From Takakia lepidozioides (lineage: Eukaryota; Plantae; Bryophyta): 64,000 nt of DNA. The position numbers and the translations under genes were made by a program. The stretch spans positions 19,406,001-19,470,000 of the forward strand of contig CM060733.1 of assembly GCA_030704615.1 (NCBI GenBank), written 5' to 3'. Below the pieces are notes generated by a model. The model worked only from the letters and a program-made list of their open reading frames with translations. It made no database searches and was not told the DNA's origin. This document shows positions 50,172-62,599 of the stretch, piece after piece (the stretch's first letter is position 1; each line of letters starts with the position of its first letter).

Positions 50172-53100
50172 ACCTCGAACACCGCCAAAGTATCTTGCCA
50201 CCTAAGTTGTTTTGGGGACAACTTGGGCTGCGTGGCAAAATACTTCACCGTGACATTGTCCGTGAACACCTTCACTGGGTTGGAACCAACATAGTGGCGC
50301 CAAAGCTCAAGACAATGCACCACCGCCTTCATCTCTTTCTCGTGCGTCGGCCACCGTCGCTCCACTTCATTCAGTTTCTTACTTTCGTAAGCCACTGGAC
50401 GTCCATCTTGCATCAGTACACCCCCAATCGCGAAGTCCGACACATCTGTATGTATCTCGAACGGACGATCGAACTCCGGGATTTCCAAGACTGGAGCTTC
50501 CGCCATCCGCTGCTTTAATTCAGCAAAAGCTTGGCCACAAAAGGTGTTCCATGCCCAGACTTTAGATTTACACAGAAGGTCTGACAGCGGCCCCGCAATC
50601 TTGGCGAAATTTCTCACATACTTCCGGTAATAGGATGCGAGTCCTAGGAATGATCGCACTCCCGGGACCGAAGTCGGAGGCTCCCAGTCCAAGATCGCCC
50701 TCATCTTTCTGTCATCCATTTTGATCCCATCCTGTGTAATCACATGCCCCAGGAACTCCACTTTTGTGACCCCGAATTCGCACTTTGAAGCTTTGGCATA
50801 CAGCTTCTCTTCTCGCAATTTTTGGAACACCCTTTTCAGGTGCTCCAGGTGCTCCTCCTTTGTTTTCGAGTACACCAAGATGTCGTCGATGTACACGATC
50901 ACAAAGTCATCCAACCACTCCTGGAAAAGGCTGTTCATCAGCGTGCTAAATGTTGCTGGTGCATTGGTGAGCCCAAAAGGCATCACCAAGAACTCATATG
51001 AACCATACCTTGTCCTGCACGCGGTCTTCTCCTCATCTCCTTCCGCCACCCGAATTTGGTGATAGCCGGAGCGCAAGTCGATCCAGTTGAAATACTTCGC
51101 TCCTGCCAACCCATCGAAGAGGTCGTCGATCCTTGGCAAAGGGTACCGGTTTTTAATAGTCACCTTATTCAGAGCCCTGTAATTGACACACATCCGCAGC
51201 GTCCCATCCTTCTTGTCTGCAAATAGCACCGGGGCTCCGTAAGGTGACTTACTCGGCCGGATGTACCCCTTTGACATTAGATCCTTGAGCTGAGTCTTCA
51301 GCTCGACCAACTCCCTGTGGCTCAACCGGCAGGGTGCCTTGGCAAGCGGTTCCGATCCCGGTATCACCTCAATCTTGTGGTCAACTCCTCTTCGCGGAGG
51401 CAAGCCGCTTGGTAAATCCTCCGGCATCACATCCTGGTATTTCTCCAAGATCCCCTTGATCCAATCTGGGCTCGGCTCCCCATCGCCTTCTCCCTTCACT
51501 TCTCTAATATAAAGCAAAAACTGGGGCTCGTGTGCCTCCTCCACGTCCCACTCCCTTGCTGACAAAAGGTTTATTCGCCCTCCCACGGATTTGGGCGTTT
51601 CCGACACTCTTAAAACCTCGCCACCATTCCCACATGACAGCGTGACCACTCTCTTGCGGCCATCTATGACCGCTCCGGATTTAAGGTCATCCCCAAAATG
51701 AGATCCACTCCATCGATCTCGCAGATGGTGAAGTTCTCACGTCCCTCCCAACTCCCCAGTTGAAGAGGAACATCAAACGCCAACCTTGTCGCCAACTGTG
51801 GTTCTCCTTTGGCAGAACGCACCTCAATAGAGGCCCCCACGTCACTTGTCGGGAGTCCCAACTTTCGCGCCGTCGCCGGCGTCATGAAGGAGTGCGACGC
51901 TCCTGTGTCCACCAACAACGACACGTTAGTTCCGGATATTATCCCTTCCACGAACAATAATTGACTCCCTTTACGCAGGGCGCCAGTTTCCTGATACAAC
52001 TCACAAGAATAGTTGCCTACCTTGCAAGTCCTGGCAACCACCGCTTCCACCAAGCGACTGATGGTATCTTCCGACAGCTCCGTGGTTGCCCGAGTCATGT
52101 TCAATTGCCGAGGTTTTGTGCACTTCGTGGCCATGTGCCCGGGCTCCCCGCAATTGAAACACACTCCATCAAAGGTCGCCTTCTGTCCGCCATAAGCCGC
52201 TCCACCCGCTTTTCCTTTCAAAGCACCGGGTGCCGCCTTGACGTGTGAAGACCCTCCCTTCGATTTCCACGTGCTATTGTCGCCGCGTGGCCTATCCCAC
52301 TTCTTTTCCGGTTGGGAGGAGTCACATTCCTGCCGGGTCTTCTTGTGTACGACCTTGTCTCTCACCCCTAGGGACATCCGAGAAACATTCAGCCCTCTCA
52401 ATTGCCTCGTTCAAAGTCTTGGGTGGCTTCTCCTCCAACTTCCGCCTGGCCCATGGGGCCAATCCCACCACAAAGTTGAAGACCATTTCTGGTTCTGCCA
52501 TGTCCGCGACTTCGAGCAACAACACATTGAAGGCCTGGACATACCCCCGAATGTCATCTGTTTGCTTCAAATTTCTCATCTTGTCCCGGGCAAGCCAGGA
52601 CGCGTTGAGGGGCACAAACAGTCTCTTCATCAATTCCTTGAACCCACTCCAGTTCAAGGTTTCCGGGCTTGGGCCTCGGTCGTGAAGGCGTTTCTGCCAC
52701 CATTGTTGAGCATAGCCCCTCAAATAGGTGGGAGCCACTTCCACCCGATCCTCGTCACTCAACTTGGCCGCCCGGAAGTACTGCTCTAGCTCCAGGAGCC
52801 AGGTGTTGAGTGCCTTCCAATTTCGGACGCCCTCGAAGGTGCGGGGTTCCTTAGGCTTCACCTTAAACTTTGCCTTAGTGGAAGTGGCATTAGCCGCCTT
52901 CAACACGTCTTTCAACGTCCCACCAAACTGCGCCAACAACCCTTCCCAAAAGGCTGCCGGCATGGGAGGCATCTCTTGGTTTGTCGGAGCTCTCAAGGAT
53001 TCCTCGGGCTCCGACTCCTCGGATTCCTCCCGCTCTTGAGTGGCCTCATTTTTAGAAACATGCATCGCTTCCTCAAACGGCCGCCTCGGTGACACGTCGC

Positions 53101-53952
53101 CCCCATCGGGCTCACCAGGATCATCATCTTTTAGGCCGTTCCGCTTTCGCTTCGGCTTGCCCGACCCCATGATGAGGCCAATCCCAAGGACGATCGCGTA
53201 CTGAACTCTAAGCTCTGATACCAAGTGTCGCGCACCTCACTTCGGTAAGCTCCCCTTCAAGTCATAGTTACTCGCTTTGATGCGCGCGCCTGACTCCCAA
53301 CCTGGCCGCCGGGCCAACTTGGAGCTTCGGCTGCTCACCGGGACATAACGGTCCCCCTTCGCTCCCCCACTAAACCCTCCACCTATTTGAGACTAGTGGA
53401 ATTCCCTTTAGTAGATGGCAGTCCGGAACAGCTCCCCACTCTTTGGTTGCTTTCCGGCTCGCTCGCTTACTCACTAGTTTTTGGTCACCAACGGGCTTGC
53501 ACCGTTCTCGGGGTTACTACTCCCTATATATACTTCTGTAGCTGTCCGCGGGGGTTTCACAACCAGCCATGCCATTTTATGGCGAACCACCACGGAAACC
53601 CTCGACTCCCGGTGATGAGTCGCGGTGAGTCTTGGCCCACTCACCACGGCCCCTATAGACCGTGATGAGTCCCAAGACTCCCCACGACTCCCACCACGAG
53701 GTCTCCGCCCCCATGGTGAGTCATATGCCACCCCCACTAAGTCCCGCTAAGCTACCACCACCCCTTGTGGAGCCACCCCCACCGCAACTCGGTGTACGGG
53801 GCTCCACTTAGTGAGCGCCTCCGCTTCCCTGAGTGCTTTGGGCACTCAAGGGTGCTTCAGCCCCCCATACCTATTGCTGCCGCTACCCCCACCACAGGGG
53901 CAGCCCCTCATGTGTCTCGACCCCCCTGCCCTCAAGGCAAAGGGCCGCGACA
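50172..53952 (-). mobile_element. Nested Ty3/gypsy element B (Galadriel-like), lacking integrase and 3' LTR
   Basis: LTR 53226-53952 with tgtcgcg/cgcgaca ends; tRNA-Met PBS tggtatcagagc at 53212-53223; gag, CFNCGEPGHMATKC, LVDTGASHSF, RT VYIDDIL, RNase [17 protein letters not shown]; ends at [10 protein letters not shown]. Confidence 0.9.
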
Positions 53953-56596
53953 ATTTAAGCATTCTAATTTTCGAAACTGCCTTCAAACATGATTTCGTTG
54001 CCCTCTGGGTCCGAAGCCCCAACCTCCAACAGAATTATCCGACTTCGAGTAGGCTCCACTTGCCGTCGTACGGGGTCCAGACGAGGAAGTACGCGTCGTA
54101 TTGGTGGCCCATCGTCTCGAGAGGGTAGGCATGATGTTGAAGGTCGTGAGAGTCGGAATGGCTGATCTGGTAGCTGCGTAAGCGACAACTCTAATGTATC
54201 TGGTTCCTGCGACTTCATATTGCTCATACAAGATGCAAGAGTGCTGAAAGTGTAGCTATATATACTGATGTGTGGTGCTCCTCCCTCCTTGGCGTGTATC
54301 AGGTACATTGAATGCGGAGTCTTCACCTTGAAGCTAACTTGGCTGACATCATCGTTGTGACGTCTTATTGACGTGTAGCTCGAGGCTTAGCTGGATATCG
54401 TTGATGAAACTCTTAGACTTTGTCAGATGCATTGGCGAGGTTGGATGAAGGTTCACACGTTCGTTCGCTGAAGTCGTAGCCTTTCCAATGTATGAAATAC
54501 TCAAGACGCTTATACTTGATGTGAGAGTCTAGGATTTCGTCGACTTCATACTCAATTTTTCGATTGATTTCGATTGGTGGAGGTTGTACGAAAACTCTCC
54601 CTGGAATATTCGATGGATGATACAACTTCAATAATGAAACATGAAAGACTGGATGGATGCGCATATTTCGTGGGAGTTCAAGCCGAAAACTGACCGGATT
54701 TGTCGAATAATTTTGAATGGGCCCAGGCGTTGATAATCCAACTTCCTTGATGGTCGCGAGGTTTGTATATCCCGTCGAAGAAGCCACACACGATCTTCGA
54801 CCTTTGAACTAGGGTTGGAGTTGACGACATTGATCTGCATACTCCTTGTATTATTTTTGAGCTTCTGCGAGGTGGAATGTAAGCTCCTTGTGAATCGTAG
54901 TAAGATGAGTAGCAAGGTTTTCTGCAGCAGGGCTTCCAACAGTCTTCATGTGGAAAGGGTTTGCTCGAGGATGATGACCATAATTGGAGAAAAATGGAGT
55001 TTGCTGGGTCGAAGAATGTATAGTGTTGTTGTAGGTAAACTCAGCCAATGACAGAAGGTGTTATCTTGGTGATAATTTATCGTACAGCAAAGATACTGCT
55101 CCAAAATCTGGTTTACACATTCGGTTTGACCATGTGCTAGAGCGAAGGGACCACGACATCGACCTTACGGCCTTCTTCAACCATTACCCATTCCCAAGGG
55201 TCCATGGTCGTCCGTGCCTATGGACTTTATTACGGATCTTCCAATCTCCAAGACCACTGATTCAATCCTTGTTATTGTAGATCGTTTTACGAAGATGACA
55301 CATTTCATTCCATATAATAAGACAGTTACCGGCGAGGAAACTGCAAGACTCTTCCTCAATAATATCTACCGCATTCATGGACTCCTGAAAGACATCGTAT
55401 CTGATCGAGGACCACAGTTCATCTTAAATTTCTGGAGGGGATTATTTCACATATTGGATACTAAGATCAACCTTTCATTGATGAAGATTCTATAGAAATT
55501 TGCAAACCCAGAAAACATTGTACATCTCGGACCGAAATTGGTTTAATCCACTCGATGATGGTTTGTATTTTCTTCTGATCCATAAAGACGCCTTTGTCGG
55601 AAATAATGTAGCCCAGAAATTCGACCTCAGATTGATGGAAAAGACATTTCTCCAACTTGGCATATAGTCCTCTTTCTCTTAATTTATCAAGGACAAGGCG
55701 TACATGGCGGCCATGTTATTCTTCGTTCTGTGAAAATATCAAAATGTCGTCCAAATAGATGACTACAAAGTCATTATCGAAAGATGTCATTCATCATATG
55801 TTGAAAAATTGCTAGAGCATTTGTAAGACCGAAAGGCATAACATTGTATTCAAAATGTCCATACCTTGTTCGAAAAGCTGTTTTCCATTCGTCTTCTTCT
55901 TTTATCCGTACAAGGTTATAAACTCCTCTCAAGTCGATTTTGGTGAAAATCTTCGCTCGTCCCAACTGGTCGAAAAGCCCAGAAATCAACAACGGATAAC
56001 GATTCTTGATTGTGACTTTGTTGAGACCGCGATAATCGACACACATGCGTAATGATCCGTCCTTCTTTTTCACAAACAAAGATAGGTGCCCCCGCGGGTG
56101 ATTTGGAATGTCGGATGAAGTGTTTTGACAAATTTTCATTAATGTATTCGCGTAATGCAGCCAACTCCGTCTGGGATAAGTTATAGATTGGGCCGAATGG
56201 TGGTTGGGCTCATTCTTGTAACTCAATTGCACAGTCATAATGTCGATGTTCTGGTCGATGTCTACATTTTTCTTCTCAAAGACATATTTGAAATCTTGAT
56301 ATTGAGAGGGTAATGTTGAAGTACCTTTGTCTGTTGTGGTCTTGATCGGAGTCGCATAAAGTGCAAATGCCGCCTCTTTTTTGGTAGCTCTCATGAAGGC
56401 TCTAGCTCCAAAAAACAGGGGTTGAATACCTTTGGTACTTTTGCATTTTTGTATTGCCGAAATTTTTCGTGATTGCCAGTCGATGTCAGGATTATGAAGT
56501 ACAAATCAGGGAAGTCTAAGGATCACATGATTCGTTGGAGACTGGATGACATTCAAAACAATCTGTGATGCTTGATTTTTAAGCTGCACTTCAAGG

Positions 56597-57247
56597 TGTC
56601 ACAGACATAGCCCAGAAGAACTTATCAGGAGTAAATACCAGAAGTTACCAAATTACCATGTTACCAAAAGTTATCATGATTTACCGCGATTTATCATTAT
56701 CTATCATGATTATCATTACTTACCAAGTTACCGGGAGTTTACCAAATTATCAAGAGTAACTTGGGAAACTGCTCAGGAAGCTTCCTTTGGAGGAAACTTC
56801 TCCATCAAGATACCTCATTTGTTTAAGGAAGCTTCTCCATCAAGAAACCTTTGTTTAATCTTGGAAACTTCTCCAGCAATAAACCTCCATAGGAGAAGCT
56901 TCTTAGGGAAGCTTCTTAGTAGCCAGTATATATAGAAGACGAGACTGGACACTCTTCAGTCTCGCCAACACCAGTTCAAGTTACTCTTGTTTCCAGTTCC
57001 CAGTACTACAGTCCAGTTCCCAGTACCCTAGCCCAGTTTCCAGTATCTGGTACTCCAGTCCAGTTTCCAGCATTCCAGTATTCAAGTCGTGTTCCAATAT
57101 CTTGTACTCTTGTTCATTGTTATAAAGATTGTCTTGATTCCTATTTACTCATCGTGCATTCGGCCACGCCGACCTTGACTTCTTGTCTAGCTTTGTACCT
57201 CTAGTCTTATCTCTTGTTTGTGTTCAGTCATGTTCTCGTCCTTGACA
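56597..57247 (+). mobile_element. Solo LTR of family A inserted in inverted orientation into element A's protease region
   Basis: TG...CA ends; 5-bp TSD caagg at 56592-56596 and 57248-57252. Confidence 0.93.
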
Positions 57248-58605
57248 CAAGGGGTCGAGTTTCATGGTCAACATTTCCTGATGCTAACGGTCGTCCATCG
57301 ATAACTTCAACAGGGGCTGAGAATTTCTTTCTTACGAGCGTTAAATTGTGTTGCTTCGTAAAGTCTTTGTCAATAAAACATGCTGAAGCGCTCGAGTCCA
57401 AAAGTGCTTTTACGGAGATATCTCGATTTTGCATCCCTATCTTTACTGGAACTGTGAAACAAGATACATGGTCTAGAGGTAGAAAGAGACATTTTTTTGG
57501 TGAGGAATTTGGGGTGTCTAGCCGCATAGTCCCTACTGTGACTGGACATCTTCGTTTTCCGACCTCCTCGTATCGAACACTGAGTAGTGCCCCGAGCTTT
57601 GAATCTTCTCTTGTTGGGGCAGTTTAATGTCATGTGATCATTTTCTCCGCAATAAAGGCATAATCCATTCGATTGTTTTTCATGTGGCGACAATGGCTTG
57701 AATCAGACAGCATCAATCTGCATAGGATCATTACTGGATGTCTGATGGATCGTTGTATTTGGTGCCGTAGTAGTAGCGGCATGGTGCGTCGTCGACCATC
57801 TAGATCGCTTCTCTTGACATCTTTCGAACAAACGATTATCGCATGCAATGACTTGGGTGATGAATTCGCTCAGTGTACTCACGTTTGGCATTGTCAGCAA
57901 CAAATCTTTAACATCATCTTTTAGGCCACATCGAAACTGACTAACGAGGCTCTTCTCATTCCAGTCAAGGTCGCACGCAAGTTGTCAAAATTCGGCAGCA
58001 TAAACGGAAGTTGGACGTGCTTCTTGTCGAAGATTTCACATCTTTGTCTCTGCAACTCTCTCTATCATTCTCTCCAAACGTTGCAGTGAACTCGGACATG
58101 AACGCTTCAAAATTGTATAGTAAATGCGAATTTTTCTCTAATAGCGGTGCAAACCAAGATAGGGCAGTGCCTGATAGAAGGGTGCCCACGAATCCCACTT
58201 GAATACCTTCATCAGAGTAGCGTTGTGGATGTAGTCGTAGGAATAATCGTACTTGTTGAACAAAACCGCGAAATCTTGATCTCGTCCCATCAAATTTCTC
58301 GGGCATGCTGACCTTTGATTCCCTTGTAATCTGTTGAAGATTTGGAGGAACCGTTGCAGTAAGATTTGTTGTAGTAGGGACTCGTAAGGTTGAAGATCCA
58401 TTGTTTGACTCCTTCAACTCTGAAATTTGTTGTTGCAAATTGTTGAGAGCATTGCCAAGGTCTTGAGACTGATCAGCTTGTAGTTGGGCAGTAGAGGCAC
58501 GAAGTTCTTGCATCTAGAGCTGAAGACTCTGCAATGTGGCAACCACTTCCGCAAATGTGCCTTCCATCTTAACTAACTAAGGAACAAACTGCAGTCTCGC
58601 CAAAC

Positions 58606-59149
58606 TGTCAAGGACGAGAACATGACTGAACACAAATAAGAGATAAGACTAGAGAGGCTAGACAAGAAGTCAAGGTCGGCGTGACCGAATGCACGATGAG
58701 TAAATAAGAATCAAGACGATCTTTATAACAATGAACAAGAATAAAGATATTGGAACACGACTTGAATACTGGAATGCTGGAAACTGGATTAGAGTACCAG
58801 ATACTGGAAACTGGACTGGAGTACCAGATACTGCAAACTGGGCTAGTGTACTGGGAACTGGAGAGTAGCTTGAACTGGTGTTGGCGAGACTGAAGAGTGT
58901 CCAATCTCGCCTCTTATATATACTGGCTACGCTTCCTTAAACAAATGAGGTATCTTGATGGAGAAGTTTCCTCCAAAGGAAGCTTCCTGAATAGTTTTCC
59001 AAGTTACTCTTGATAATTTGGTAAACTCCCGGTAACTTGGTAAATAATGGTAAATCATGGTAGATCATGGTAAGTCATGGTAACTTTCGGTAACATGGTA
59101 ACTTCTGGTATTTACTCCTGGTAAGTTCCTCTGGGCTATGTCCATGAGA
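58606..59149 (-). repeat. 5' LTR of element A (internal deletion relative to the other copies)
   Basis: Matches 49385-49991; TATA at ~58915-58922; followed on the minus strand by a non-tRNA PBS and gag. Confidence 0.93.
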
Positions 59150-60036
59150 TGAGCTCTAATAGTGGTCAGATCTTGTTGTGTTGTTAAGCAGGAAAAGTGC
59201 TTTCATCACTTAGGCCCTGTGGTGTCTCATTTGATTGAGACACAAAAGCCAGCGGAGAGAGGGCGGAGACTGACCATCTGGTCCTAATGCCCATGAGGGT
59301 CGAGGGAATGTATATCTTGGCCCCTCTTTACAGAAGAAGGTCTTGTAATTTGGGTCTATCAATGCACCTGAATAGTTTTTGGAGAGTTTATTGTTAGGCC
59401 CACCTGGAGTTAATGGACGAGCCTAACGTCAACTGGCGTCACCGCAAAGGCTGTGCTTCTATTGCTAGGGCTCAGAAACTCGTCTAGGCAGGTATTGGAT
59501 TGCTTTCTCTTTCATCTTTTGCTCCTATATTGGTAGAAGTCGGTTTTCTGAGGTTGATGCCTCGGGTTGATGCCCCCGTGGTACTTTGACATTGGCTTTT
59601 ATCTGCTTTAGTTTAGTTTTATTTCTATTATTTGGCTTGGCTGGTAGAGCGACCCTCTTTTGCTTTTGGTGCTAGATTTATGGAAGCTCCATCTTGCAAC
59701 TTCTCCTGAAAGCTCCTCCTTTGGACCTATTGGCAGGCTCCCTTCTGGACCAGCAGCTTATTGTCTAGCACTTTGGCTCTGTTGTCCCTTTTTTGGTGGT
59801 TTGCATTTTCTTTGATCTCTTAGTACTCTATGCCTAGAGACGGGCTTGGTCTTTTTGGCCTCCTTTCTCAAGTGAGGTTGTATTTCTTGGAGCTTAGCTT
59901 CCTGATAATCTCAGGGTTCCATGTGATAGTTGTTAAAACTAGGTGGTTAAAGCTTGCCCTTGCTGGATGGTAAGGGTGTTACCCAATCCTTCAAGCCCGG
60001 TTTTTTTTTCAGGACTCTTTTATTAATATGATTTAT

Positions 60037-60156
60037 AGTCGCGGTGAGTCTTGGCCCACTCACCACGGCCCCTATGGACCGTGATGAGTCCCAAGACTCC
60101 CCACGACTCCCACCATGAGGTCTCCGCCCCCATGGTGAGTCCTATGTCACCTCCCA
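60037..60156 (+). repeat. 120-bp isolated fragment of LTR-B
   Basis: Matches 53618-53737 (agtcgcggtgagtcttggcccactcaccacggccccta...). Confidence 0.9.
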
Positions 60157-60274
60157 TTTTTTAATTTGTTTTAGAAGAAAAAACCTAGCACATTTTTTTC
60201 TTTTCTTAACAGGGAATCTTTTATAAATCTTTATTTGGAATCACCGATTAATTAGTACTACGATTAATTAGTGG

Positions 60275-61151
60275 TAGTGTTGTATTGGTATGTCCATTTT
60301 GGCATACTAGACTGGTAATGAAAGGTCCAATGTGGATGTTGGGTCCAACTGGTAGGGCCCAGTGTAGATTAGGACAAGCTAGGTTATAGGATGGGTATGG
60401 GTATTTTCAATTTTGAGAAACCCTAGTCCTAGGCATGGGTATGGCAAAAACTCAAATGACATACTAGGGGAGTATGTACAATAGTATGGTATATCCCAAC
60501 AGTCATCATACTGTATTCAAAGCTGAAAATAAAACCAGATTGAGGGCAACATACAAAAGGTAAGAAAAAATTGCAATCACACATGCCCATGCAAACTAAT
60601 TTGTATTCATAAATTGAGAGCCTGCCTTGGAACTTCCACAGTAATATCCAACCACTGGAAAATAACAATGGAAAGTTCAGCACTGAAGGTCTTTGTATTG
60701 TAAGGCTGGATTGTAACAAATGGGAGAAAAGCTGGATGCCATGACAAAAACTGAAGAAATGCAAACTAATTTGTAATGCTCATAAATTAGTGAAGGTCTT
60801 TGTATTGTAAGGCTGGATTGTAACAAATGGGAGAAAAGCTGGATGCCATGACAAAAACTGAAGAAATCCTTCATATTATACCTTGTATGCCATACCTGTT
60901 TTCGCTGACCATTGTACGCCATACCTTCTACCCCTCCAATCTCCAAACACCCCCCTAGTACTGTTCCCAATCGCAGTATTGCTCCGCTAGCTACTCTGAC
61001 TGGTATGGTGTCAGTTTGGGTCCCTAAACCCTAAGTTCTACATACACCCGGGGTATAGGTTGCATGACATACCAGCCGGGTTGGTCTGGCATACCCTTAC
61101 CTATACCCTTGCACATACACCCGCCCACTGGCACATACCAATACAACACTG
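60275..61151. mobile_element. hAT-like MITE with an internal ~77-bp direct duplication
   Basis: TIRs tagtgttgtattggtatgt / acataccaatacaacactg; ggtatg/catacc subterminal motifs; duplicated block at ~60684 and ~60791; no TSD visible. Confidence 0.7.
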
Positions 61152-61282
61152 GTTTTACCCAATAATGTCCCTTCAATAATTTGAATAAAGTTTAGTAATA
61201 TGGGCTCCCTCCCCTTTCATTAAAAAAAAATAAAAATGAAATAATGGTTTCAGATAAAGGCCTTTTTTTTCTTAAAGTGCCG

Positions 61283-61483
61283 TTTTTTTTAACGAAACCT
61301 GGGAGCGGCCCACAATTCAGGCCCTGGGAAAAATAAACCATTTATGGGTCATGGAGGCCCACAGGACGAACAACATCCAGACAGAACGCCAAGAACAATC
61401 TCCACAAGCGGCAGGTTAGCGGGTTTGAACCCCGAACCACCAAGGCGACACATTGTGCACTTACTAGCTGAGCTACCAGTCGA
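61283..61483 (-). mobile_element. tRNA-derived SINE (or tRNA pseudogene with tail)
   Basis: Minus-strand A box TAGCTCAGCTAG and B box GGTTCAAACCC at tRNA-like spacing, a ~120-bp body and an A8 tail. Confidence 0.65.
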
Positions 61484-62599
61484 TGTGCTTTGAGTAAACT
61501 GGCACGTGATATATTCTTTTCTCTGGACAACCTTCATGGAGGTATCACAAGTAGTTAGTCTACTCCTCTCGAGAGGAAACACATCAATCCTTCGCCAAGC
61601 TATACTGGACCATCTCTGTTGTCACTGTGGGAAGAAGGCATGTAGCAGTTTGCTTGGGCATTCTTACACTCTACAAACAGAGGGCTATGGGGGCCTTGCA
61701 GTATTTGAAGAACCAGGGGACCAGGACCCTGCACGAGATGTGGGTATGTAAGTTGGGGATCTGCCTTAAGACGACTGTGGTGCTGGATTTAATCATTATT
61801 TCAGCACAGGCGCTCTACGGGAGAGGATCGATGGCACGGGGAGTAAGGGGTTCTCTTGCACAGGCCCTGTACTTCTGACCTAGGCTGAAGAAGCTGGCCT
61901 CCAGTGTTTCAGTACTGCGACTATGGAACTGGTCCTTAAGATATTGGAGATCCATACTGAACCACACACTCCTTCCAAGGCTATAAAGTTGATGGTGTCA
62001 AGTGTCAACGTTACAAACAGTCACTCAAACCCACGAATTAGTAGGTCTCTTTCTGAAGAACTTGCTCAAGTACATAGAGCTCCAGAAATCTGGTAGTAGC
62101 CCGTACTGACTTCCACAGCATACACACCAATTTTTATACACTCATGTAGTATCTGTTTGCACCACAGAAATGATCACAAAACTCAGAAGACTGCTGACAT
62201 GCTCAACTCTGAGACTGAAACTTGATCACTCCATGGGTGTATTTCAGCTCAAAACATCAGCTCATGTGGTAGACAAAGCAAAAGTGGCGGGCCTGCCTGA
62301 TACCTCCACCCATGATTTAGTTCCTGATTGCTTTCCAATAATTCTAGCAGAGGAGAGGGTACAAGAACTGAGATTGGGATTTCTGTCCTTTCCAAAGGTA
62401 GACAATCTCTACTTACTGACCTGTAACTTCTTTGTCAGCCTCCCAGCATTCTTGTGGACTTGGAGCAAACTCTCAGGCAATACTAGTTCAAAGAAGCTCG
62501 CTCTAGCAGAGGGGAGCAATATAGCATCTCCAACATAATGTGTGTTCCGTTTATACATTCAAGTCTGATTAGCTTTTCAAAAATCTGATCAGGTTGCTA

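Larger units (their letters stand above)
49385..59149 (-). mobile_element. Ty3/gypsy chromovirus (Tcn1/Tf1-sushi-like), degenerate, host of nested insertions
   Basis: LTRs 58606-59149 (5') and 49385-49991 (3'); PPT agaggagggggtga; gag MPEKFDG.., zinc knuckle CLYCG..DH...NC, protease LLDSSA, RT VIYLDDIL, integrase, chromodomain EYEVDEILD..YFIHWKGY at ~54413-54555. Confidence 0.92.

Noticed and set aside
59160-60010. Possible LINE 3'-end relic
   Set aside because: Too degenerate to support with specific motifs.
61600-61990. Possible gene fragment downstream of the oxidase
   Set aside because: Short interrupted frames with no identifiable motif.
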